A DNA stretch of 64,000 nt, from assembly GCA_950097015.1 (NCBI GenBank), contig CATNEN010000034.1, forward strand, positions 4,030,001 to 4,094,000, read 5' to 3'. The position numbers and the translations under genes are program-made. The notes under the pieces are model-generated. The model worked only from the letters and a program-made list of their open reading frames with translations. It was not told the origin of the DNA and did not search any database. Source of the DNA: Macrostomum hystrix (lineage: Eukaryota > Animalia > Platyhelminthes). Below are positions 50,266 to 62,553 of the stretch, one piece after another; the first letter of the stretch is position 1, and every line of letters starts with the position of its first letter.

Positions 50266-50918
50266 GGGTGCCAGGCTTTTCAGCGACAGTTGATTTCAGC
50301 GACATGAAAAATTGTGGCTTTGGCGACAAGTAATGTTAAATTCGGCGAAAGTTAAATTTTAACTTTGTGAATTTTAGCTTTGTGGTACAGCAACGTACTA
50401 CATTTTACAACAAATTACGCAAAACATTTGTATTTGCATGCATGGTACTTAAGATGTGGCTATATGATAAAATTTAAATTTCGATTCAATAAACACGGAA
50501 ACCACAGTACATGTAAATGTTCTCATAGGATCGGAGTTGCAGATTGTACCATGACAAAGCCGCCTTGGTGATGGGGCTCGCTCACACAATTGGTCAGTCT
50601 CTTCAGGTTGGTGGGTACAAAGTCAGAGTGTGGATATTTATCAAGCTTCTTATCCCAACAAACAATTAGCACGTCACAGTATTGCTTGTCAGACCACATG
50701 TGTTAGTTACATTTAACAAAAAAAGGAAAGTATTTCGTAGGTTGTAGGCGGTTGCGGTAGGATATAGACACATTGGTTTTGTTAGTAAGAAGAGACTAAA
50801 TACGAGTAAATAGCCATAGAAAGTGATTTGTGAAAGTGAAAAAGAAACTTTTCGCCGAATTTAACATTGCTTGTTGCCGAAGTCACAATTTTCAATGTCG
50901 CTGAAATGCCTGGAATCC
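50266..50918. mobile_element. Non-autonomous Mutator-like MITE
   Basis: Perfect 9-bp TSD ATATGAAAC (50257-50265 and 50919-50927); imperfect inverted termini of about 80 bp (GGGTGCCAGGC..TTCAGCGACA / TGTCGCTGAAATGCCTGGAATCC). Confidence 0.82.
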
Positions 50919-51232
50919 ATATGAAACTATTGATGACCAAGATTATTTTCCTAGAGTTATTGTGCCAGTGCCACAAGCTAAAGTTGGAAAGATGCAAACA
51001 TACACTGCTACAAATTTTGGAGGATAATTAACTTCTAAAAGGAAACAAAAAATCATGCTAAAATTTAGGATTCTAGTCACTTGGTCAACTGCTATTTTGT
51101 CAAATAAGTTGACAAAACTGGTCTCCAAAGTCAAGGAAAAGGCAAAGTGGTACTGCTTTAGATTGGTGGCCACAATTGTCAAGTCAAAGCTGCTAGGCCT
51201 ATAGAATAATGTGGACCTTGGCCCTGCACTCT

Positions 51233-51731
51233 GGTTCCAGGTCATTTCGGTGACAACTCAAGTCATTTCAGTGACACACTTGGTCAGATTGGTGACAACT
51301 ATTTTTGCACCTAAATATGCTAAAAAACTGCCTTCCATTTTAACTATGCACACATACAAAATATTAATTAAATAATGCTAAAAGTATTAATAAGAAGCTG
51401 CATCGCTCTGATTAAGTCTGGGTTTTACTTTAAATGAGTTAAATTATTAAATTATTTAATGAGTAGTCAATAGTTATTCGTTCCTAATTAAATGTGTATA
51501 ATAATCATTTTTCAAGTCTTGGATTGACAAGGCGAGTGCAGGCTTTAAGCAGCTGCTGGATCGTGGAAGGCTGTTTTCTCAGCATATTTAGGTGCAAAAA
51601 TAGTTGTCACCGAACTGACCAATTCTGTCACCGAAATGACTGTCACCGAAATGTCTTGTCACCGAACTGACCAATTCTGTCACCGAAATGACTGTCACCG
51701 AAATGTCTTGTCACCGAAATGACCTGGGACC
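51233..51731. mobile_element. Non-autonomous Mutator-like MITE with internally repetitive TIRs
   Basis: Termini GGTTCCAGGTCATTTCGGTGACA / TGTCACCGAAATGACCTGGGACC; shared inverted ATTTTTGCACCTAAATATGCT; flanking direct repeat CTGCACTC (51224-51231 and 51732-51739). Confidence 0.78.
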
Positions 51732-54567
51732 CTGCACTCCTACAGTTCTGACCATCAACAAGCTGGTGTGTATCCCAAACCGGGCTTTTGAAGCTACTTG
51801 GACAGTCTCCAGCTGACCTGCAGTTTGTGATAGATGAAAGCCACATGCCTCTGGATTTTCTCTGTAGTTGTATTAAAGGAACAGGTAAGCGACATCTACT
51901 CATCATATACATTGCCAACTAGCTTGAGCTGCTTGACTAGAGTACTTATGGAACACCGCTTATATTAATATAACTAAAATGTAAATTTTTTCGTTATGTG
52001 ATACGCAATGATAATCACTTAACGACTAATGAATCGGTAAGAGAATTTTAGTTGGCTGGCTAACAAAAAACTAATTAATTGATTTAAAAGCATATAAAAA
52101 TGCTGCTTCTCTATGTAATTAGCAGCTTAACAAAAAAGAGAAATTAATATTATAAAATAGCCTGAAAAAATCACAAAACAAAATTAATACTATAAAAAAA
52201 TAAAACAAACATCTTAGCCCTAAAAGGGGTGATACAATAAAAGTGACAACGGGACATTTCGCGAGTGTATGAAAAGAACAGCTTTGTAAGAATTATTTGC
52301 GATCATTTGCTTACACCCTTAGCCTATCTCTCTGTTCGTGTTTCTACTAGTTAGGCAATTTGCATTATGTCGAATTGTGGACAAATAAGTCTTCTTTCCT
52401 AGAAGGTGTCTTGTTAGTAAAGAAATTAACACGTCGTCCATAAGGCGCCCAACTTTCGACAATTCTTTCATGTTCGGTTTGATAAGACCCTGTTCTGTTG
52501 GTGAGACTACACCCTACGCAGGATTGACTACAGTTCTGACTTTTAGAAACTCTAGACTGCACTTCAGGGTAGGCCTAGAGTTCCGTGACAATAGAAATCC
52601 AGCTTAGCTATATACAAGTGGTAGCCAGAAGTTCCTTAGTTAGCTTGCATGCCAAGGGTAAAAAATATTGTTCTTGATTCTAGGACTTCATCTACTACAC
52701 AATAAGAAGACTTTGAAGCATAGGAAGACTTTTAAAAATGGAAGTGATAATTTCCTGTTTACTGTACACACAAAGATTTTTGCTGAGCTTTTAAGTGCCA
52801 TATTTTTGTGCCTGGTTTTGCTTTTTCCCCCCTTTTGATGTATTTTGGTTCCTACCTGAACTGAGGCTTTAGCTATCATAAAAAAATACGCAAATAGGAT
52901 ATATGACAAATACAGAATTCTATGAGTAAAACAACATAAGCTACCCTCTAGCATACTTGCTATGTACTGCAGGGATCTTTTATGTTTATATCTTACATTT
53001 TTGTGACTTTCATCGATTATATATTTTATTGAATATATATTTTGAAGTCTAAAATCATATAATTGTATATGCTTCAGCCTGATGCTGGTGGCAATAGGAC
53101 ACCACTCATGCTGTTCTCCAAAGTAAGTTTTTTATATGGATTATCTCTCTCCCACTCTCTCCCACAAACCACAAATATTGCTAGGAGCTAGGGTAGGCCT
53201 ACCAACATACAATGAAGGGTAAGGTATGTACATATTGGTGGGTTGAGCAAGCATAGTCACATTGCATACAGAGTTTATTGGCAGGAAGGACAAAGCCATA
53301 TAGGGCTAGGGTACAAGAGAGACAATACTTATGTCTAGCCAATCATGTGGCAGCTTAGGGCACATAAGAACAAAGGGTCCATAGTTTAGATCATACTTGG
53401 TGCACACCAAAAAATTTGTGAAGCTAGGTAGCACACTACTAATGGTTATTTTGCATTGAAACAAAGTCAATTTTCTCCTGTCAACAACCTTTCTTATGTA
53501 TTACTCTTTGCTATATATGCTAGGCCTATGCATGGATTATATCAACCTTGAGCACTTAATGAGCACACTAAGAATTTATTGTGAGGCAAGTGCACACCAA
53601 ACATGTATGCTGAATTAGGCAGTCAACACCAACACACTCATTTTTGGTTGTATAGGCCTACTACATGATCTAGACCATAGCAAAAAAAGAAAAGTGACAG
53701 ATGAGTGAGACAAATGCCAAGCCAACCAGACTAGCCTAAAACAATGGCTTGGTGGGCAGGAAGCCAAGACTGCCCAACTGCCTTAGGAACACTGGCACTA
53801 CATTTACTTACTTAGCTTTTCTTTTTAATTGTTTTCTTGTAATGGATTCAGTTTATTGACTTTTTCAAATGACTAGTTGTAGCTCTATTAATTATTTTGA
53901 TTGAAAGTCTTCTGATAATGAAATTACATTAATTTTATAACATATGTAAATTTGGAACATAGAATTGTAGCCTACCAATGGTATCTTGGCTAGTGTTCCA
54001 AAACATGGAGCTATAGCCACTATCATTACACACTTACTAAGGGAAAAACACAATTTTCACTTTTTGAGCTGCTACTTAACAGTCGAACTACCAAGGTGAG
54101 ATTTCTTCCCCTGACAATTTTTTGTGCTGCACCTGACTGGAGCAACTCAAGAATATGGGAAGAACTCAAGAACTTTTTGTTGCATTTCTTCTTAAACAAG
54201 AACCAAGTAGCCAGCTCTTCAGACCATCAAGATATTCAATGGTTCTGGCCCTTGAGCTCCCATAATTTTTCCCCATAAGCGCTAGTGTATTTCATATATG
54301 CCTATACACAAATTAGCATTGCGCCTGGTCTTCAAAGGTCTTCAAAATTTATTATCATGTCAACCAAATGTGCCTGCATCATCTCTGTCTTTGGTGATGG
54401 ATTGCTAGACCTTCAAGGGCTACAAAAGGTAGAAATAGGTGTCAGGTTGCCATGGACACCCTGACACAAATTTCTCCAAAAATCACTGATCAAGCCTAAA
54501 TATTAGGCATTGCTCAACTATAGGACAACCATGCTGGAACTGACTATGTGTTAATTAGCAGTTTAGG

Positions 54568-54928
54568 GTGGTTGGTGGCAGAACAGTTATTGCATTTGCC
54601 TCTTGCACCACAGTCCCCAAGTTTGATTCTACAACAAGGCCACATTTATTTGGGGCGCAGCTGCAGAGCAAAGGCTTGGGGGCTTGTCGTGCAATTTACA
54701 CCCTTGAGGGCCAACCTCCAAGGCACAGTGAAATGTACACTGCCTGACAATGAGAAAGTCAGGGTAGATGTACACATGTGTGAGTGTATGCCTGCGTACA
54801 GTATCTGTGTGCGTGTGTGCTCAGGAGTCAGCAAAATAAGCAGAATTGCCTCCTTGCTGGCTGTGGGTCTAGTGTCACTAATTGATGTCCTACTGCCTGC
54901 AGCCCTTCTGCAGTTATTATTATTATTA
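54568..54928 (+). mobile_element. SINE family A, CpG-decayed copy
   Basis: Colinear with 16438-16793 over the full length, including the (ATT)n tail. Confidence 0.85.
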
Positions 54929-55677
54929 ATAGCTCTTTAAGTTGATAATTAAATTAGTATTAAAGCCTATTTTCTATTTGTATTTATTGCTCTGCTTTTA
55001 GCTCGGCAGAATTGTTATTCATACTATAGACCAAATCTGGTTTACAAATGCTTACAGATGATAAAATTTCTTATGCAAGTATGCCAGTGTTTCGAAAAAT
55101 AAAAGGTTTTATATTGGCAGAGCACCATGGTTACTAATGCATTAGTTGGCGACAGTCCACTTGCATGTGTGAGCATACACACACATAAATTTGTACAACT
55201 ACCCTGCATTTCAAATGCTCTGGCAGTGTGCAGTTAATGTGCCTTGTTCATTAGACTTCATGTGCATGCATTTAATGAAAACCCCTTTCATTCAGGTGCT
55301 GTGCATAAAATCTATTTGCCTATATGCCAGGTAGACTCAGAGTTCAATCTTACTTATTTTTCTGAGAATTATTTGGACTCAGTTCGTATTGATAATATCA
55401 ATGTTTTGTAGAACGAAAACGATTATCTGCCAAGAGCTGAATTTTGTACTGAAAAACTGAAATTGCTGCATAAAAATTTAGTTGCATACTAAAGTAGCAT
55501 TACTTGTACTGTATTATGTATCAGACTTAAAATTCTGCCAGACACTCCCTCTCATAGGCTATCGTACTGGTGGATAATGGGCTATCAAAAATTGTAACTT
55601 TTTTCGTCCTTTGTCTTTTTTATTTCAGCTCTAAAAGCGGACGTAAAGCCTTAGAGCTCTCAGCCACCTGTAGCACA

Positions 55678-58600
55678 ATGGCTACTTATAATTCAAAGAA
55701 CAAATCCGTTGACGGCTGTGCTCAGCAAGAGTACTGGATCAACATTAGACAGCTCACAATTTATCCGAACGGATATCAGGGCCAACTCACAAAGCTTGGA
55801 CTGCTCTGGAGGACATGCAGTGAAGATACGTTTCTTCGCCATGGTGGACGAGTTCCACCTGGACTCGAAGCATCCTGCCAGCTCTTTGTCTGCTTGGATT
55901 ACTCAACAGCAGTCGCTGCGTGCCTGCCTTCTGATATGAAGCGTTTGACTACAGCTCAGAAAGATCTGTTCTGGCCCGTCGGCTATTATAGCAGGCTGGG
56001 TCTGCTGGAGAGGGTTCTTCAGTTTGGAATGAATTGCAAAGTCGGCGACTGCGTGCTGGCTGTGAGCCCTTCCGGGAAGAAGCTGCGTAAGTATATTAAT
56101 GTCATTTTTATTGAGAAGACTCAGTTCACGTTCTTTTATTACGATCATGATTTTTGCCAGTTTCCTTTGTTTTCACCTCCAGCTGAGCCTACAAAGTTCA
56201 CAGTTCGATACAAAGGCCCTCTGCGTGAAGCAGACAGAGGCAGTGAATACACCGGCACTTTCTTCGGTCTGGTCAGTACCGAGCCCATCAAAAGTTCTGC
56301 AAACAACACGATTAGCTGCTTTGCTGATGTTTATTTCCCTGATGTAGTTCAGTATGCCAGACGGGAACGCACTGAAGCGGACCACCAGGCAGTGCTTTGC
56401 CATTTGGAGTGGATTGTCGCCCTGGTCGACAAGAAATTCGCACTGAAGGCTGGCGACAAAGTGCTCTGGTTCGTTGACGATCGGCCTGCGCCATTGCGAG
56501 GCGTTGTGGTTCGAATTTTAGATGAGAAATTTGCCATGGTGGACTTTGACATCGACGGGAAGAAGAAGCAGATGGACGTTGTGATCGAATCGCTCATGCT
56601 GGCATCGGATTTTGATATTGACACTTCTGAAAGACCAGGTAAGGCCGGTATGATGCGATTTTCTCTTATGTAAGTAAGTTCCGTGTATTTACGGTTCGGA
56701 CTTCGATCATTATTACATTTAAACTTAACAGCAATGTGTCCCTGTGCGCAACTAAAAAAATAACCTCAACAAATCTCAAAAAGCAGCAATTGAAAGCCGA
56801 TAAGAGTTGCAACTTCTGATTGCTTGCTGCTACGAGTACCTGCAGACTCAATTTGTCCTTTTGTCCTTATGAAGGCAATCCCAAATGCTTTAAAGCTAAA
56901 GTCCATAAGAAAGTATAAAACTATTTGTGGGTCGTCTGGAGGAAGGAAGGCGGGAGGCAGTGAGTTCAGCGCGCGAACAAATCCTACTGCCCTAGAAGGG
57001 TAACACAAGATAAGTACTCGTATATTAATTCAGAGCGTAAAAGCAATTCGACGAACGAGTTGTTAAAATTATTGTTGGAGTGCTGAAAAAACGCAAGCTA
57101 GGCGAAGCGAGAGCGAATGCATCCACCCTACACCAGCCAAAAAACGCACAAAGGCAAAGTGGCATCGACAGCCACCCCAGCCCTCGCTATTAACGATTGG
57201 CCAGCCACTCCGCACAAAAAGGACTTGCCGGCCTAATTCCAGGAATGTCCTACTCTGCTCTCAATCATGCACAGAACCCGGCGAGGCATGTTGAGAATGA
57301 CGCAGTTCAGTTGCGGAATGGTGCCAACAAACAGATCTAGGAGCGGTTGCAAAAAGCTGTTGCAGCGAGTCATTAGATGTCATTGTGTTGACATCTAGCA
57401 GCTCGCTCCGATCCCATGTCAAATGGCTCCCTGACGTGAGCCACGGTTGAGTGGTTAAATTGGAAAGGCCTCCTGCAGCCGCTTGCTGCGATGTTGGTCA
57501 AGATGGAGGTCAAGTCACGAGGCTTGAGGATGAAGCACAAATTGTCTGACGGGAGTTTAAGGCAGATACCCTCAAATTTGTCAACTGTAAAACACAACGT
57601 TTCAAAATAAATCGTTTTTTAAACGTCTATTTCGGCAATTATATTTTTTCAGCCTCGGAGCAACAATTGAAGTCGAATCTAAAAGCAGCGGCTGCTGCCG
57701 CCACACCATCGGTCACAAAATTTAGCCAGCTGAAGCTTGACCAACAGGCTAACAACTCAAAAGTGGCAGGTCAACAGCAAGGAGCTCAAGCTTTGGACAA
57801 ATGGTGCGAAACAAGATATCTCTTCGAATGTCACCTATTTAAATCTAATGTACCGAACTACTTAGCGGTCTACTGATTTCATTTTAGCGTTCGCTCACCC
57901 GATAGCTTGGACCCGAACTTTGTGGACTGGAACATAATTCCCGTATCTAGTGTCGGCAAGAACAAGTGCATCGGTGATGATGGTATTGGAAGACTGTACA
58001 AGGCGTTTACTGATCGTTACCAGACGGTGGCCGTAAAGATAGTAAAAATCGATGCTATTAAAGACGCCAGTAGGCTTGAACAGGTCATTAAAAAAGAGCA
58101 GGATAGCGTCGAAATATTAAAAAGGGTTCGGCACAATAATATTTTGGTCTTCCTTAAAGCCGAATTAATCGATGCAAAACAGTTCTGCGTATTCACTGAA
58201 CTAGTTGCTGGCTATACTCTGACGAAGCTACTGATACTTCAGGGAGCACCATTTGAAGAAGCTGCTGTGAAGTTTTTTTCTCGTCAGGTAGGCGAAACAA
58301 TGGCTGTTGCTTTTTTAATTCTTAAAACGGGGAAAACTATGGGGTGAGTGTTAAGCGGTTAATAAGCTTTGCTCTCACACCATGGTCCCTGAGCTCGAAG
58401 CTCGATTCCGCAACGAGACCACATTAATTTGAGACGCAGCTGAGAGAGTGCTTGGAGACATGAGGTGCAATTTACGCCCTTGAGGGTCGGCCCCTAAAGC
58501 ACCGTGAGTGCACACTGCCTGACGATGAAAGTCAGGGCGGATGTGCTCACAAGAGTCCAGGAGTCAGGAGTGTTGCCAGAGTTTAAAAGTTACATCTTTG

Positions 58601-59436
58601 ACACAGTGATACGCATCCGTGGAATCTTAGCCTTAAAAGTAGGAAATAGAAAAATAATTAAATCACTGATAGATCGAGAGAAAAAAGTGTTGTAAGTTAG
58701 TGACACCTTTACAAAAACTGAGGCTTCGGCACGGAAGCTGGGCCGGAGGTAATGCGCGTGCAGATTGGCTGACGGGAACGTAATTCCCGCATGTGCATGG
58801 ATAATAGCGATCGTAAGGTAACTGATTTTTAGTACAGGCCCAAGAAACGACAGAAAATAGAAAATATGGAACTACTAACTTTTGCAGGAGCAGTAGAACT
58901 GTCGGAAAATAAAGGGCAAACAACGATTTTTTAAGGCGAAGAACTATCAACGACATAGTTCATTGTCCCATTAATTTCAGATCTGTTCGGCGTTAAACTT
59001 TCTTCACCATGGCGAGCCGGTTATCGTACACAGGCACATAAATAGCAACAATATTTTACTTAGCAATGAGGGCATAATCAAACTTGTCGGTTTCGGTATT
59101 GCACAGGCAATCGTTGCCGAATCCATCGCTCAGGACACATTGTACTACATGGCCCCAGAACAGTTTGATTTGGACGGAGACATTCCATACTCGCCGAAGT
59201 CTGACGTATGGGCCTTCGGCTGCACCCTGTTTGAAATGCTTCAAATGCAGCCACCGAATAGAAATCTTAGAGTGGAAGAGATTTCCATTGCCGTGCTTAC
59301 TCGGGACATGCCGCGACTCACTGACCCGGTTTCCGATAGTCTGTCGGATTTCTACAACCGGTGCATTGTGAAGGACCCAAAGCTGCGACCCGACACTGAC
59401 CAGTTGCTGCAGCACATATTTTTGGTTGATAATTAA
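55678..59436 (+). CDS. CYLD-like N-terminal/CAP-Gly-like region fused to a STE/MEKK-like pseudokinase (about 623 aa)
   Basis: Exons 55678-56086, 56183-56638, 57653-57803, 57888-58287 and 58981-59436 chain in phase (1,1,2,0). VRYKGPL..GTFFGL resembles CYLD CAP-Gly 1. The kinase has VAVK, HRH (for HRD), GFG (for DFG), YMAPE and SDVWAFGCT. Confidence 0.75.
58341..58575 (+). mobile_element. Diverged, 3'-truncated SINE family A copy in the kinase intron
   Basis: Shares GCAATTTACGCCCTTGAGGG and CACTGCCTGACGATGA..AGTCAGGGC with 16438-16793. Confidence 0.7.
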
Positions 59437-59788
59437 ATATCTGCGTGTCTTATAAAAGTTTTTTTACGAATCTTCACCGCTCTGCTTTTAGCAACATATT
59501 TTTTCAAATATTTTTTCTGCTGTTATATTCAGACTAATGACCAAATTCGTTTTTTGCTTATCAGATTTTACGAGGTGGCTAACTAGTAATTATTGAAGGA
59601 TTTTATCGTTTTACTGCATGCAACAATTAATCAATATGATATTGTATTGGCCGGACAATTGGTTACTGACGCAAAAGTTGACGTCTGTCGACACGCATAA
59701 GCACACACATTCTGCGTTTTATAATCTTATTGGAAGCTGTACAGTCTTGTATTTTTTGTGCCGATAGCCGCCATTGACTAATGCTGTA

Positions 59789-61059
59789 CGAGGGTTGTCA
59801 GAAAAGTCCTGTGAGAATTCTGAGAATACTCAAAGTATGCACCCTCAACCTCCACGTACTTCTCCCAAAGCCGTACTAGCCCGACAATGCCCGCAGTCTC
59901 GCCTTGGTTCGTCACAGCGGCGATACCTGTTTGTAGGCATGGTTCACCTCGTCCTCGGAGCTGAAACGCTGACCACGCATGGTTTCCTTGATGCGAGGGA
60001 AGAGGAAGAAGTCGCACGGACTCAGATCCGGGGAGTATGGCGGATGCGAAAGGATCTCCCACCCCCAGGACTCGATCGTTGTCAGCACGATGCGAAGCTG
60101 CGTTGTCTTGGAGCAGAATCGGGCCAGCAGCATGCAGAGCAGGTCTCATGTCACGAATGGCACGCCGAATTTTCACCAGGACTGACAGGTAGAAGTCGCC
60201 ATTGACCGTTCGCCCTGCTGGCACTGGCTGGTCAAACAGCAGACCCTGCCGGTCGAAGGTCACATGCATGACCTTGAGCTGACCGATGCTCCGAATCGCC
60301 TGGGGTCGTGGAGAACCCAGCCTGCGCCATCTGGCACTCTGCCGTTTCAACTCTGCCTCCCATGAATGTGCCCAGGTTTCACCGCAGGCAGTAATCCTTT
60401 GCAGGAATGCCATACCCTCTTGTCGATACCGCTGCAGGTTGGATGTGCACATGGCGACCCGCCGACCTCGCTGATCGTCGGTAAGGAGATGTGGGACCCA
60501 CTTGGCACAAATCTTGCGCATGCCGAGTTCCTCAACCAAGATCTTGTGGATTGAGTCGTGGGACACCCCAATGACGTCAGACAGCTGCCGGGTGGTCACT
60601 GGTCAGCCGTCGGTCCAGCAGCACAGCTGCTTCCACCTGACTCACCAGTTTGTCGGTCCGAGCACTTTTTGGCATTCCAACGCGTGGCTCGTCTTTATGT
60701 TCTTCCTTGCCGTTTTGAATGGCAACAGCCCAGCGGCGAATTGTCTCATACGATAGGCTTGAGTCTCCCAGTATCTGTTTAATTTCTTCAAAAATTTTGA
60801 TTGGTGAATGCCCCTGCGAAGCTTGAAACTTGATCACCGCTCGCTTGTCATGCATCGAGAAAATTTTCTTGCAAGACGGACTCAGCCATGGGTGCTGTAG
60901 AGAACTCCTTGCTACTCAAGCCAGAAATTATTTAAGAACTCAAAACTGAAGCGGGACACTCCTTATGAGTTCAATTGTCTATGGCTATGGCCATTTCCCG
61001 TTAACTTGCTTTGGAGCTATGCTCTGCCCCAATACAAAGCACTTTTCTGACAACCCTCG
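59789..61059 (-). mobile_element. Full-length decayed mariner (Tc1/mariner, DD34D) transposon, 1271 bp
   Basis: 19-bp TIR CGAGGGTTGTCAGAAAAGT with TA on both sides. Transposase fragments lie in three ORFs (HTH RAVIKF..SYETIRRW; KICAKWVPHLL; LLQDNA; HPPYSPDLSPCDFFLF) with frameshifts, and the first catalytic Asp reads Gly (CGETW). Confidence 0.93.
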
Positions 61060-61299
61060 TAGTATAGCGCGTAAATCTATGGCACACTGACTTGGCACCA
61101 AACATACACCAATAGTTAATTGTTTTTCGCGTACATTTATTTGTTCTATCGGTTTTCGGGTCTTTATTATAAAGATGGACTTTATTTAAGAGAATACGTT
61201 TTATCGTCAAAAGTGGATTCTTTTTTAACTCTAATTTTTTTCTCCAAGCCAATTTAACATTTGCCTTTGATCATTGAATTCTTTTTACTCACGCCAGTC

Positions 61300-62405
61300 A
61301 CTCACTTGACTCAGACTGTCAGGTTGATAAGCCAGTCACTCACTTGACTGTCAGGTTGATAGGCCAGTCCCACTCCCAGACTGTCAGGTTGATAGGCCAG
61401 TCCCACTCCCAGACTGTCAGGTTGATGAGCCAGTCCCACTCCCAGACTGTCAGGTTGATGAGCCAGTCCCACTCCCAGACTGTCAGGTTGATAGGCCAGT
61501 CCCACTCCCAGACTGTCAGGTTGATGAGCCAGTCCCACTCCCAGACTGTCAGGTTGATGAGCCAGTCCCACTCCCAGACTGTCAGGTTGATGAGCCAGTC
61601 CCACTCCCAGACTGTCAGGTTGATGAGCCAGTCCCACTCCCAGACTGTCAGGTTGATGAGCCAGTCCCACTCCCAGACTGTCAGGTTGATGAGCCAGTCC
61701 CACTCCCAGACTGTCAGGTTGATGAGCCAGTCGCTCTCCCAGACTGTCAGGTTGATGAGCCAGTCGCTCTCCCAGACTGTCAGGTTGATGAGCCAGTCGC
61801 TCTCCCAGACTGTCAGGTTGATAGGCCAGTCCCACTCCCAGACTGTCAGGTTGATGAGCCAGTCCCACTCCCAGACTGTCAGGTTGATGAGCCAGTCGCT
61901 CTCCCAGACTGTCAGGTTGATAGGCCAGTCCCACTCCCAGACTGTCAGGTTGATGAGCCAGTCCCACTCCCAGACTGTCAGGTTGATGAGCCAGTCCCAC
62001 TCCCAGACTGTCAGGTTGATGAGCCAGTCCCACTCCCAGACTGTCAGGTTGATGAGCCAGTCCCACTCCCAGACTGTCAGGTTGATGAGCCAGTCGCTCT
62101 CCCAGACTGTCAGGTTGTTGAGCCAGTCGCTCTCCCAGACTGTCAGGTTGATGAGCCAGTCGCTCTCCCAGACTGTCAGGTTGATAGGCCAGTCCCACTC
62201 CCAGACTGTCAGGTTGATGAGCCAGTCGCTCTCCCAGACTGTCAGGTTGATAGGCCAGTCCCACTCCCAGACTGTCAGGTTGATGAGCCAGTCCCACTCC
62301 CAGACTGTCAGGTTGATGAGCCAGTCCCACTCCCAGACTGTCAGGTTGATGAGCCAGTCGCTCTCCCAGACTGTCAGGTTGATGAGCCAGTCCCTCTCCC
62401 AGACA
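61300..62405. repeat. 33-bp minisatellite (CCAGTCCCACTCCCAGACTGTCAGGTTGATGAG)n
   Basis: About 33 copies immediately upstream of the second CYLD-like copy. Confidence 0.96.
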
Positions 62406-62553
62406 CTCAGAATTTATAGACCAGTGACTCTCATAGATTGTCGCGGGATCTTAAAACATTCAATGTTGAATTTTACAATATTTTTCATTATTTCAGCTCT
62501 GAGACGTGTCTCAGCCCACGCTAAGTCTCAGAGTCTCGGCCACCTGTACCACA

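Noticed and set aside
55570-55677. N-terminal extension of the 367-aa ORF (GTG start at 55570)
   Set aside because: It crosses an acceptor at 55628, and the paralog's equivalent segment differs by 8 nt and contains a stop, so ATG 55678 is the better start.
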